NCBI GenBank assembly: GCA_964247055.1
Contig: OZ176050.1
Coordinates: 11,284,001-11,348,000, forward strand
DNA: 64,000 nt
Direction of reading: 5' to 3'
Source: Paragordius varius
Lineage: Eukaryota > Animalia > Nematomorpha
Below, piece after piece: positions 50,110 to 63,296 of this stretch; position 1 is the first letter of the stretch, and every line of letters starts with the position of its first letter. Under the pieces are notes generated by a model that searched no databases, was not told the DNA's origin, and saw only the letters and a program-made list of their open reading frames with translations. The position numbers and the translations under genes were made by a program.

Positions 50110-53100
50110 TATAGCAATGGGTTGTTGCGCTGATATATAAATAATTAAGTTTTAATTTTTTATAGTTTAACATAAAATAGTCAAAAATGTAAAACAACAT
50201 GTCAATCTATTCAAACTATATATTTTTTAAATGTATAGGCTAGTAAATAACTCTAATAATTTAAGTGCAAGCGATTCAATAATTTGAAGCCATATAATGC
50301 ATTTTGAACAAAAATTATACGTTGCATTGGGCCTAATAATTTTAATTGAGGGCCATATATATGTAAAATACAAAGCTTAGGGAAGTTAAATCGGTGTTAA
50401 TCAAATGATATAACGATTGCGTTTTTACATTCGAACTTAACAATTATTTATAATAACTGCCCCTTATTAAAAAATATTTTTTAAAAATTTTCAAGGTTTA
50501 AACGTAGAAATGAATAGAATTTATAATTTTTAATATAATATTTGGTTTTTCTTATTTATTATATTAATTTTTAATCAAAAAGCATTTATGCAATTCAATG
50601 AATTTTAAATTAATTAAGATTTGATAATTGATTATTAGACGTAAATGCTTAAAATATTTATCATAAATTATAAATAAATGTTGAGTCAGATTGGAAATAT
50701 AAGCTTAAATTAAATAATGTGAGTTTAATTGGCTAATTAACTTTTAACCTAGAGCAAAATTAAATTGTTTTAATTTAAACCACTACTTTTTATTTTTCAA
50801 CCATATTAATTAAAAACATTTTAAGTGCCGAGAACACTTATTTTATATAACACTAATTGCAATAAGCTAGTAAATTTAATAATTTTTTTAAATTACAAAA
50901 TGATTTTATATATAAAGGGTTAACATTAAGCCTTAAACATTTTGTCATACCCTATTAATTTAGTCATACATACTTGAATACCTTAGTTATCGGCTATCCA
51001 GCATATTTTAACCTTATATAGTGGATCTGCATAATCTTCAAATTTGGGGAAACATCGTTCATTATCTGTAGGATTTTTTTTGAAAAATAAAATTCAATCA
51101 ATATTAATTATTAAATATTATTTAATAATTAATATTTTACAGATGTTCAAAAAAATTAATTAAAATTATTATAAATATATAATAACTTATAATATTTTAC
51201 AGTTCGAAAAAATGAAAATCAATAATTTTTTTATTATTTTGGGCTGATTATGAGAGTTTTATAATACCCATAAACCAACAAATTTGTGACAAGGTGTTTT
51301 CAACTTGAATTATTATAACTAGAAAATTTGGTTTTAAAAAATCGGAATAATCTTGATTAATTTCTAGGCGCTGTTTAAAAAAGCTCGTCACGAGGTAGGG
51401 CGAGGTCATATAGGGGGACCTCTTGTAATGAGATTTAGAGAATATATATATATATATATAAACAAAATCAGTTTTAAAAGGCGATTTATTTTTAAGATAG
51501 TGTCGAGATGCGGATATTATGAACCATGTAATTGCCTCAAAAGGGGTTCAATAAAGCAATCGAGCTGTATATCCAATAACATTTTAATTTGCTTTTTTTG
51601 TTTAGCACATTCATAAACGATATATATGCTCACGTTCCGGACGGTCCAATTCCTGAACCAGTATTGATCAAAGTTAACATAACAGATGGCAGTGTTATTG
51701 GGAGATTTCTAAAGGACAGGTATTATTTATTATTAGTTAGTAATCTTCTGTCCCCGCATATTTTCTTAATATCGATTGGCCGCTAAAATATTGGAATTCA
51801 TAATTATTAATAATTTTTATTTTTCGTTGATAAATAATATCCAAATTATAACTTTTCACATCAAAAATTAAGATCAGGGGTGTCTAACACAAATGGATTT
51901 GCGGGCCGCATTTTTGATAAAAATAGCAGCCTCCCTCAAAAAATATCTATATTAATATATAATTATTTGCTTTTAATCGGAACACTGTAAAAAAGTACAA
52001 ATACAATAATAACCATTTATTACTTATTTTTGTTAGTTTATTGCCGATATTTGGAAAATTTCAAAATTTTGTTAAAGCTTTATCCAAATAAAAATTGCAT
52101 ATTTGCAAATTTTTATTTATTTATATATTCACGATTTCATAATTGTTTTTTTTAGTTTGTATTTGCCACACGGGTTAACCATAGATGTCGATGGTTATAT
52201 CTGGATAACTGATGTCGCAATGCACCAAGTAAATTATTTTATTTACTAACAAAAAATGATGTAGCTATAAAATATTAGTCAATCCCAAAGATAAAATTGA
52301 AAAAATGCATTTAAAAGAAGAAAGGTTTTTGTGTAGATTTTTGAATCACCATGGAATATCGATTAATTGGTTAAATTTAATGCATCGATGTCTCATATTT
52401 ATTATATACCATGTTAAATAATTTAATATAAGCCTAATTCCTGTCTTAAATCACATATTAAATTTACAATTACCTAAATTTATTTACATTGGCAGGTATT
52501 TAAGTTTACCCCAACGGATTTAACCGTTCCTATATTGACTTTGGGGACACGTTTTATTCGCGGAGATGATGCTTTCCATTTCTGTCAACCTACGGATGTC
52601 GCTGTGTCTACCATGTATCGACAGTTCTTTATATCTGATGGGTAAATTTTTAAATCTATTATGATGCCTAAAAAATCTATAGTAATTTAAAATTAAGTAA
52701 GATTTAAAACTCTATTGTCATTAAGCCATATACATTTTTTAATTTAAAGTAACAAAAACTTACATGAACGATGAATGATGTATAGTGCTTAAGTATCAAC
52801 TGTAAACAGCAATATGAGTGAATATAAACTATTACATGCATATTTTTAGATATTGTAACAATCGGATTCTAAAATACGAAGCTAATGGGCAGTTAAAGGG
52901 CATATACGGACAAAGTATTTATTCAAATATGTTTCAAAAAATAAACTATATAATACACTTCTATACCTTTTTATGGTAATCCCTACAGGGCGATTACAAA
53001 TATATCTTTAAAAAATATTATATAGGGTGAAATTTAAAAATAGGCATTCGATATTTAAGTTGCATCATAAGTAAAATTATAACAAAATGCTTTTATCAAA

Positions 53101-56100
53101 CTTTTGACCAACAAAATATCAGTAGTTAAAAAACTGGCAAATATTAATGTATGTATATATTTTGAGAGCACATAACTTGTTGAGCTATTTGTTTTAAGTG
53201 GATTTAGTATTTATCAAATTTTAAAATCAAGAAATTAAATTCAAAAATATAAGGCATTTTTTATAGTGTTATTTTAATATTAAAGAATTATATTATTAAA
53301 AACTTTAAGCTCCAGATACAATACTCCAAACATTCTACATATAAATTAATATAAATGAGTTTTTAAGTAAATATTAATGCTTCAATAAAATTATTGGATC
53401 ACTAAATAAATACGAAATTTCATGATTCGCAAAAATATGCTAAAATTTATAAAATTCCAAATTTTGACAAGGAATTGGTAAATGGTGACATAAATATTAG
53501 TTATATAATTTTTAATCTATATATTTATAAAAATGGAAAATGCTAGCTTTGTGATCTGGTACAGGAAAACCGGTAGACCCATTCAAATCCAAACATCGGA
53601 AAAATATCATCATTAATGAATGCCCCGACAATAGCTTCGCCCTTTTTTTGAAATAGGCCCCCAGTTCGGGCCCACCCCGTGTAGAAAAAGGGTTTTTTTT
53701 TGAAAACTGAAGTCCATAAAAATCGTGTCTTTGAGACAATTTTCCGGAGAACGTGTTGGACCATTCAAATTCAAATATGATTTTTATTTACTTATTTTCG
53801 ATTGCGCCGAAAATAGTCGTCTCGCTTTTTTGATTTAGGCCGTCTTTTTACCCGCTACCCCCGTAAAATGCCATTTTTTTCAAAAAAAAACAAAGTCCAC
53901 AAAAATAATTTTTTGATTGTATTTTTTTACCCACGGTATGAGACTGTAAAAATTCGAGAAAGCTTTTTCGTATTGCCTGTTTGAAGGCAAAAATTTTAGT
54001 CAAGCGTTTCTTTGATGATAGCTGCTGAGTAAGGAGTATCTATCATATGTATAGATGTTAAAAGATATATGGATATTAATACATTATTTATGGTAATCTA
54101 TATATTTATAAAAATGGAAAATGCTGGCTTTGTGATCTGGTACAGGAAAACCGGTAGACCCATTCAAATCCAAACATCGAAAAAATATAATCATTAATGC
54201 CCCGACAATAGCTTCGCCCTTTTTTTGAAATAGGCCCCCAGTTGGGGCCCACCCCGTGTGAAAAACGGGTTTTTTTGAAAACAGAAGTCCATAAAAATCG
54301 TGTCTTTGAGACAATTTTCCGGAGAACGTGTTGGACCATTCAATTTTAAATATGATTTTTATTTACTTATCTTCGATTGCGCCGAAAATAGTCGTCTCGC
54401 TTTTTTGATTTAGGCCCTCTTTTTACCCGCTCCCCCCGTAAAATGCCACCTTTTTCAAAAAACAAAGTCCACAAAAATATTTTTTTAAATCTATTTTTCG
54501 ACCAAGGTATGAGACCGTAAAAATTTAATATGGATTCCACGTATTCCCTGTTAGAAGGCAAAAATTTTAGTCAAGCGTTTCTTGGATGATAACTGTTGGG
54601 TAAGAACCTACCCGCTAAAATCTGATTTCTCATGTAACTTTGTGATCTATTTCCGGAAAACTGGTGAACGCAATCAAATCCAAATATCGAAAAAATATAA
54701 TCATAAATAAATGTCCCGACAATAGCTTCGCACTTTTTTGGAATTAGGTCCCCAGTTCGGGCCCACCCCGTGTTAAAAATGGGTTAAGTCAAATTTTTGG
54801 AGAACGTGTTGGACCATTCAATTTCAAATATGATTTTTATTTACTTATTTTTGATCGCGCTGAACATATTCGACTCACTTTTTTGATTTAGGCCCTCTTT
54901 TTACCCGCTCCCCCTGTAAAATGCCACCTTTTTCAAAAAACAAAGTCCACAAAAATATTTTTTTAAATCTATTTTTCGACCAAGGTATGAGACCGTAAAA
55001 ATTTAATATGGATTCCACGTATTGCCTGTTAGAAGACAAAAATTTTAGTCAAGCGTTTCTTTGATGATAGCTGCTGGCTAAGGAGCTACCCGCTAAAAAC
55101 TGATTTTTCATGTAACTTTGTGATCTGGTACCGGAAAACCGGTAGACCCATTCAAATCCAAACTTCGAAACCCCCCCAGAAGTCCGAAGGACTTCCTCGG
55201 GCTGCGTAGCAGAACGAGATTCACGCTAGTAAACTATAAAAAAAGTTACAGTATGAATAGGTATAGATTACTAGAAAGTTATTAATTTGAGCAAAATAGC
55301 ATATGCAACAAAGGGCAGTATTATTGGCTTATAGTTATTTTTTTCACTTTTTACTATTTTTAGCCAATATAAATTCTCTTAGCTGCATATGCTATTTGGC
55401 AATAATTAATAATTGCAATATATACTGACTCATACTGTAATATAGGCCTATATTTTTTCGAATGCAGATCTCTGGATTTTTTAAGTTAAAATGCGGCGCC
55501 GCCGTTTGTGTTTGGTACCCCTGCTAGAGTGGTGAATTAAAATAATACATGTGATTGCCGATTACTTAAAGTTTATTCAATTATCTGCTATAGATTTTCC
55601 CACAATTAGCCTCAAACTATAAAATTACACATTATGTCGTAAATGTAACAAATAGCCGGTAACCTGTGGGAATTAATATATTTGAAACCAGATAAAAAAA
55701 TAAATATTATGAATTTTTAACAATATCAATAGTAATTTAACAGTATATTATAAGCTTTAAATAAAATTTATTTTGTAACAAATCTCATAATCGAAGATAA
55801 CTATAGGGTTGTTAAAGTACCGAAACAATTCCCGCGATTAATTTAATTTCATAATTAATTATCATTAAATTATGATTATTTCATGAAATTGAGGGGGAAA
55901 GCCCCAAGAAGTAAATTAACCTTTTTTTGTCTCTGCATAAATTAGTTCAGCTTATTTCCGGGCAACATTTTAAAAGTATGTATGAATATTAGGTACAATA
56001 ACATTATACGTATACCTTTTTAAATTGTTCTCCCAAATTCACAAATCCTAACCGAACTAAGAGGTTTGATAGACCGATTTTTGTTATTTACATAAAAGAT

Positions 56101-58581
56101 AGAAACTGTTCATATGTATAACGGCCAAAAATTAATTTGTCGTATTTTACAGACGCTTGGCTTTATCATCCCTTTCTTCGCTCATACACCTTGTTAGTAC
56201 CTCACAGTTTGACACTAATTGAAAGTCATGACTTGGTGTGCGTGGCAGACCGAGAAAATTTTCGGATAGTTTGCCTCCGAGCTGGAATCCTAAACACCAA
56301 TCTACCTGATCCGTTTTTAGGTTACAGTGATCCAACTGGGCAACAACCGGTGTTCACACAATTACTAATCGATGATACTGGATATATTAATCGCCCTTAT
56401 GCGCTGGTTTATAACGCTCGAAGTATTATATAAGCTAATTTATTTGATAAATCTTTATTTGGTCTTTTATCCATATAAAAATTGGTAGATAGTATGTAAA
56501 AAAATTAGACTAATAATATTAGGTGCTTAAATAGTTCTAAAAAACCAAATATGAATTCAATTTTTATTTCAAAAAGGCAATCAAAAATATCCCCAACGCT
56601 TTTTATTTTTATAATAGTGTGCTAAACTTAACCAAAATGTAGTTTTTCGGATTTTAATGTTTTGGACAGAGTAATATTCAGAATCCGAAACAAATTATGC
56701 TGGTCACGTTGCTTATAAAGAAAATAAAGTCAAAAACTAATTTTAAGTATACAGTTTTTTGTAATAAACTTTTATTTAGCAATCAAGATGGCTAAAAGCA
56801 AATCATATGTATTAGTGCATATTTCATAGGCTTGCGTTTTAATACATTTTTATGTAGAGCTAAAATGGAAAAGGATAATTATCACATAATATTTTGTAAA
56901 AATTTATGTATATCGGTTTTAAAATGTGAAAAAGTAACTAAACCATAACTTTTGTCCAAAAACGATTAGTTTTGGCACTCTAATTCTTTGTATTAAAAAC
57001 ATGTATACCGTTACCTAAGATAGATAAACAAATAACTCAAATAATATTATTTTTTACGTAAATCATAATTATTTCAGTCCTATATAAATTTATAAAAGCT
57101 ATCTTTAAATAAACGTAATCACATTTTTTTAATTTAAATTAAGTAGTTAGCCTACATAGTGCTCCAAGTTGCTCCTTAAACATTTCATATTGGTACTTAA
57201 ACATTGCATGTTAATATATTGTTGGATATATTTATTATAACAAATATTTTAAATTAATAGCTATATATTAAATAATTATTTAGATTGAATTAAATACATT
57301 CATTAAATTATGGTTAGACGCAAACTTAAAATGTTTTAGGACCAACTTGAAGTGTTAAACCAACTATGGTATTGAATTATGCCGGGAACAAAACAATTAT
57401 GAATCAAATAGACATAATTTGAGGCTACCTTCTGAGACATTAATTAAATTTAAGCTTATCTTATTGATAAAACAATATCATATTCAAATTATCAAATAAG
57501 TGAAGTGATTATATATTCAGTGACATCGTTTATATAAAACTTCAAAATATTTGAACCTAATCGTTTCCAACTTGCTTTAAAATTGAATATAGTTAAACAA
57601 AATTTTGCATATTTAATTTAAAAGGGATGCTTTTTAAACAAATTAATTTTAACTTGTACAAATTTAAACGGATCTCAAAATTATCCAATTTAGCCTCGTA
57701 TGAAAAAATCCAACTAATATATTATTTTTGAAAGGTCTCTATCAAAAAAATTTTAATTACGGTGCGAAATTTGCGATTGATTTTTGTAAATAAGATAACT
57801 TCTATTGAAACTTTATTCGTTTTGCTTTTTGTAAATGAATACCTATGGATGTTCTGTCCTAAAGATATAAAAACCAATTAAAAACTTTGTTTTGGCCAAA
57901 ATATGATTAGACAGTATTTCAGTTTAACTTAAAGAATCTTAAAAAGGTAAATTTAAAGTAATTTATTATATCAAATTAATAATCATATATTGGATAACAT
58001 GAGTAATTAAAGGCGTTTAAGGTTAATTATTTAATCTATTAATTTTTATCTGCAAGTTTATTTAACAATTATTCACTTCATAATATTTAGGAGTACTTTT
58101 CAACCCCGATAAATATTAAATATTTATTGCAAATTTCCAATAATCATTATATATTCACTCCTAAAAATTGAGTTATAGTTAAGTTGTGGTTGTTTTTGCA
58201 AAAATTTATTATCTTCTAGCTTTTCAATTTACCAAACTATGTTATATTTTCATCCATTGTAGATAGTATCTTGTATGTGATTGGAAAATTCCCTAACAAT
58301 GGCTTACTTACAGCTAATAAATTATTTACGGCAAAAATTAAACCGTACCCGGAACCAATTTTGAAATTTGAAACTCAAATTACATTTCCGGTAAAGCTAA
58401 CCTTAATATATTGCAATATATATTTTTTAATATTTATTAACCAATTAAATTTCATATACAGTACTCAGCTGATCCCCATGACATAACTCTTTTGCAAGTC
58501 ACAAACGATTCAACAACTTTTACGGATTTATTTGTTGCCGATTTGTCACCTACTGTATGGAGCTTGAGTCAAATTGAATAA
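48642..58581 (+). CDS. PAL: Monofunctional peptidyl-alpha-hydroxyglycine alpha-amidating lyase (PAL), secreted, 401 aa
   Basis: Exons 48642-48725, 49865-50070, 51606-51719, 52156-52228, 52496-52641, 52850-52914, 56153-56422, 58263-58390, 58462-58581 join in phase (1206 nt). Signal-peptide-like MVNHIIFWACIILYNGVVQG. PAL motifs LHRGSRIWDAN, LYLPHGL, WITDVAMHQVFKF, HFCQPTDVAV, SDGYCNNRI, VPHSL, VADRENFRI, DPHDI. Confidence 0.93.
49149..49504. mobile_element. MITE family A, copy 3, in PAL intron 1
   Basis: TA|CCATTTACAGTTCAAATTCACCCT ... AGGGTGAATTCGAATTGTAAATGG|CA, with about 20-bp GGGTGAATTTGAATTGTTC units. Confidence 0.9.
51875..51925. mobile_element. Solo terminus of hAT MITE family C
   Basis: CAGGGGTGTCTAACACAAATGGATTTGCGGGCCGCATTTT is the reverse complement of the family right end. 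A similar solo end lies at about 55450-55523. Confidence 0.6.
53516..55229 (+). mobile_element. Compound non-autonomous Helitron with tandem modules of about 500-580 bp, in PAL intron 6
   Basis: A|TCTATATATTTATAAAAATGG 5' ends at 53516 and 54097. The 3' end has hairpin GAAGTCC-GAA-GGACTTC (55179-55195) and CTAG|T at 55226-55230. No TIR or TSD. Confidence 0.85.
55249..55437. mobile_element. MITE family D, copy 2
   Basis: TA|CAGTATGAATAG ... GACTCATACTG|TA; shares the core AAAGGGCAGTATTATTGGCTTATAGTTATTTTTTTCACTTTTTA with copy 1. Confidence 0.85.
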
Positions 58582-59039
58582 TATTTCTATATATTTTTAA
58601 TAAATTATAAAAAGAGTAAAAAAACTTATTTCCCAGCTTTTAGGTAAGCATAGTAATTGGTTTTGCAAGATTTGTAAAAATTATTATTCATTTGGTAGCC
58701 ATATTTTTTCTTGTTAAGGTTTATTTCGGAATTCTTCAGGATTTAAAAAAAAATCAATGTAATAATTGTCATTTCTCAGTCATTAAACGCTTTCCAATGA
58801 TTGAAAACGTTGTTTAGTAAAAAAAACATTTTCCTAATTAATAAAAATGTCTGTCTATTTAAGGAATGTCTGCCTCTCATTCAAAACAAAATATTTTTTC
58901 CGAATTCGACATTCTTGAAGCAAATGCAATCGACACCATTTTTCCCTTCTTTGTTTACAATGGTACAGTTTAGAAATCTTTTGTCAGGGTTGTACTATTG
59001 TTTATTAATTTGTCAGTAATGACTAGCAACTTTTGGCTT

Positions 59040-59660
59040 ACAAAAATTCTTTGTGATCATCTTGTAACCATTTCCATTCCATCTTAGGTTATGTTAAAGC
59101 ACGTCGACCAACGTTGATGGGTATGTTCGTATCAAAACTTTTATAAAAAATTTATTAAACCCAAAAAAAACGACTCGAATTCGGTCCTTTTTGATAAGCA
59201 TCACATTTTAATTTGCTGGACATTCCATGTTTGGACACTTCTAGTGAATTGCTTTAATGTACCCAGCGGTCAATACATCATAAAAGTCCGTAGCGCTTTC
59301 AATCTTAGAGCACATCATTCATTAATTTTGAAAAAGCACCGGAGTCACCTTAATCCAAATAGCCATTAATAATCCCAAATCCATCAGTGTTTGTCTGTTT
59401 CTACATTTTATGCAGAGCCAATAGATTCACTTATCACATATTTTTGGTATAACCGAATCACCATTGTAGCAACCCAACTCATCATTGGATGAAACCGCCT
59501 AGAGGTATCATTCTTTTCTTTATTATTGTTGGATATTATTCGGTTGACTTGCACGTCTTGTAGTAAGTCTTGCTACGAAGAATCCACCGCAACCCCAAAA
59601 TCGGAGACAGTGCTTTTTAAAGCACATGATTGGGTCACACGCTTGATACGCCAACACATA
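59040..59660 (-). mobile_element. Possible decayed Mutator (MULE) transposase fragment
   Basis: Weak broken motifs GCY, LLMAIW, PAN*NV and RT..N in the order expected for MULE (GC.FH, LMAL, P..WN, RTNN). Confidence 0.3.
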
Positions 59661-59864
59661 AAAATAACGTGGCGTGGAAGCCTTATTTAGAAAATTTCTA
59701 TGGATAATTTATGTGAACTTCATTGACATGTATTTGTTACAAATATTATCCTTCAAATATATAAATGCACCTGTAAAACCTAAAACAATAAGTGAATTAA
59801 CTCAATTTAATTTAATAAATTATCTATTTTATTTATATAATTATAAAAATAAAATAGATAAATA

Positions 59865-61106
59865 AAGGCTATGTATCATTTTAAGCCCCTTAAAAAATTT
59901 GTATTTTTTGAAAAAATTTCGCGATTTTTGTTGCATTTTCCTCACATGCTTCTCACTGTTTCATAAATACAGTATCAGTATCAGTAATCCGCAATTTTCA
60001 AATGCGAATACTGAAAAAACCAATAAAACTTCAAGATTATGAAATTCCCTATACTTTGGATAAAAGTATATACATTATTTAATAACATAGTTAATAAATT
60101 TAATTGCAAATTGAATAAAGACCTTTTCTGCTATATATGTGGAAGGTATCATCGCCCTACAAATTTGATTAAAATAACTGAACAAATAATTACCTATTGC
60201 AACATGTATTTTGCTGGGAAATTAGTTCATTACAAGGAAATATGAGCCCACAGCAAGGTAATTATACTAATTCCGGTGGAGGGCTAGAGACCAGGATGGA
60301 GAACGGTTCCATCAAACGCTCAAACATATAGAAAAAAACTATACTAGTTCCAATAGTTGGTGAATACTATTGGATTCACTTTATGTCTGACTAATATATT
60401 CATTATGTATAAATAAATTTAAATTCTTATATGTATTTTAAGTGTTGTTGTTGGGTTATACTTGAAGAGATGTTGCAGGAGCAATTTTTGCAAACGAAGT
60501 TTGTATTTGACAATATCTTGATAAGACCGGCATTTTTATTTTAAAATTTTGTAGAAACCTAAATAAATATTCTTATTGTAAAAGAATGCTAAAAATTCTA
60601 TCGAATAAAAATAAATTCATTTATTATCAGTTTTCAATATATATATAATTGTTAGATTTATAATTTGGCAATAGAGTTTCTGGAAGTACATTATTTACAA
60701 ATGTCAGAATAACTTTGGTGCAAGGAAAATTCTATTTTGTAACTAAAATTATATGAAGAAAATTTACGTGAATACAAATAGAATTTTACTTAAAAAGCCA
60801 AATATAGTGTATATAGCAAAAAAAGCTATTTGTATTTCGGATGCTGCTTTCTGTATAAGGTCTTTAATTAAATTTATCATCTATAGATTAAATAGTATAT
60901 AAACATTTATCCAAAGTAATGTAATGGGAATTTCATAATCTTGAAGTTTTATTGGTTTTTTCAGTATTCGCATTTAAAAATTGCGGATTACTGATACTGA
61001 TACTGTATTTATGAAACAGTGAGAAGCATGTGAGGAAAATGCAACAAAAATCGCGAAAATTTTTCAAAAAATACAAATTTTTTGAGGGAAAAGGATAGAT
61101 AGCCTT
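59865..61106 (+). mobile_element. Internally deleted DNA transposon with about 200-bp TIRs and Chapaev3-like transposase fragments
   Basis: TA|AAGGCTAT ... ATAGCCTT|TA; 59865-60066 is inverted at about 60895-61106. Internal CKLNKDLFCYICG...MYF...I*AH is followed within about 50 nt by DGERFHQTLKHIEKNY. Confidence 0.75.
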
Positions 61107-61934
61107 TATTATATATACCAACTCTTTGGTATGTTATATATAAGTCATAAACTTAAATAATAAAAACAATGGAGTTCTTACAAATAATTTTTTTATAATA
61201 TATTTCGACAATGTCATAAAATTTATACGAATTTCTATTTTTGTGGAATAAAAAAAATTATTGATACTTTAAAATAATTTTATTTATTTTTCTTAAGAAT
61301 ATATTAGGTTTTATATAATATATAAAAGTTTTATCATGTTTGCTCAATAAGTTTTAAAAATATGGACAAAAGTCTATTTCTAGTCAAAAATGAAAAAATA
61401 AAATATTTCCATTTTGGGGCGCATTTTGCCCCAAAATTTTTGGGGTCTTCTTTTCCAAGGGATTCCTTATTCTAGATAAAAATCATGTTTGTTTATTTTT
61501 TTGTATGCACTGTGTAATGTAACTTTGTTTACAGTATGCATTTTAAAGTATGTTCAGTAATTTTATTGCCAGTCCAATAACATAAATGGTTTATCCAATG
61601 CGTAAAATACTGACCCACAAAAATATTTCGTAGTACACATATGAAAGAGGATTGACGTTAGAATTAACATAGGCTTTAATTTGATGGATATTTTGTAATG
61701 TAAAATTTTGAGAATATTATAGCAATTTAAGTTAACATTTGTAATATTGTTGTTACGTATTTAGATGCGGAATTTTGTAGGTTTTTATCTTTGATAAATT
61801 AATAAATAGTAAAATACGTATTTTAAGATTTTTTATGTTAATTATTTCTAAATTTAATAATAAATATTTTTCAACATGCTAAATACCTGTATTAATCAAT
61901 GGTATTATAATTTTATATAGTTGTTATTACTAAA

Positions 61935-62520
61935 AAACACAGGTAAATATATATTTATGAAAATTTAAGTAGATTTTAGATTGTTGTCTTTTATGTTTTG
62001 CATTGTTAATTATTAATAATTTTTAAGTATTTTAGACATTTTAATCAGGTAAAAAATTCGGTTTTTAAATTTGGTCAAATTTAATTTTTTTTGTTTTTTT
62101 ATGTAACATTGATAATTGTAATCAATTACTACATATTTTGGACATTTTAATAAATACAGTTAAAAATTGCGGTTTTTAATAAATTTAATAAAAATTTAGT
62201 TTTTTTTTGTTTTTTAGGTTTTGCATTGTTAATTGTAATTAATTACTACATATTTTGGACATTATAATAAATACAGGTAAAAATTGCGGTTAAAAAATTT
62301 TAGTAAAAATTAAATTTTTTTGTTTTATAGGTTTTGCATTTTTAATTGTAATTAATTACTACATATTTTGGACATTCTAATAAATACAGGTAAAAATTTT
62401 AGTTTAAGAAAATTTATGTATTATCCAAAAAAATTTTTGTTTTTTAGGTTTTGCATTGTAAATTATACATAGTCTTGAAATATTTTTTACATACTATAAT
62501 AAAGACAGGTAAAAATCAAT
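61935..62520 (+). repeat. Minisatellite with period about 110-118 bp, 5-6 units
   Basis: CAGGTAAA recurs at about 61940, 62046, 62274, 62387 and 62506 (variant CAGTTAAA at 62157); ACTACATATTTTGGACATT recurs in three units. Confidence 0.9.
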
Positions 62521-63296
62521 GTTTTTCGGTTTTATATGTAACTATAAATACCAACCAATATGAAAAATAATCTATATTCATATAAACATCGATATATAGA
62601 TGCAACTAAAATATATTTATTAAAAATTTTAGAGGTTTAAAAGATCGATAATAAAGACTTTCTACTATAAATCACACAAAATATACTAAGCCGATATTTT
62701 TTAATCACCCTTCAAAAATTATGAATAAGAAGCATATTATTTTTAGATATAAATAAATTTATTTATATATAATAAATCATTATAATATATGTTGGAATCA
62801 TCCAGCTTAATGGTCAATCTATATCATCATTGTCATTGACCGTCTTGTATGTTAGATTTACAATTTAATGATTAATATCATCAATTATTATTATAGGACA
62901 GTTGAATTTTGAAAATACCGATTGCAATAGTGTGGGAGTCTTATTTATCAGTAACATTATAATATATACATTGGTTCGATATTCTTTATAGTCCGGGTGA
63001 TCATCTAAATAAAAAAATAAAAAAAGATTATTGGGTTTTTGAAATTATAATCACTATCTCTTTTTTATGAAATCTAACAAAAATATCTGATAAAATACTC
63101 AATTTATCATCCAAAAGATCACTGGAAAACGTGGATAAAATTAAGAATATTTTACCATCATTCTCTGGGATGATTATATCAGCTAACATAAAAGATAGAT
63201 GAGTTTTTATGGAATTTAATAATGATATTACTGTTCCTACAATCGCTTTCCTGGATTCCATAACTATTATCACAATTAGAAACGCTAATGGGAGCT

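Noticed and set aside
53512-54561. Repeated ORFs MSQRHDFYG..., MVQHVLRK... and MPSNREY..., suggesting a tandem gene family
   Set aside because: They are antisense translations of Helitron modules, frameshifted between copies, with no domain motif.
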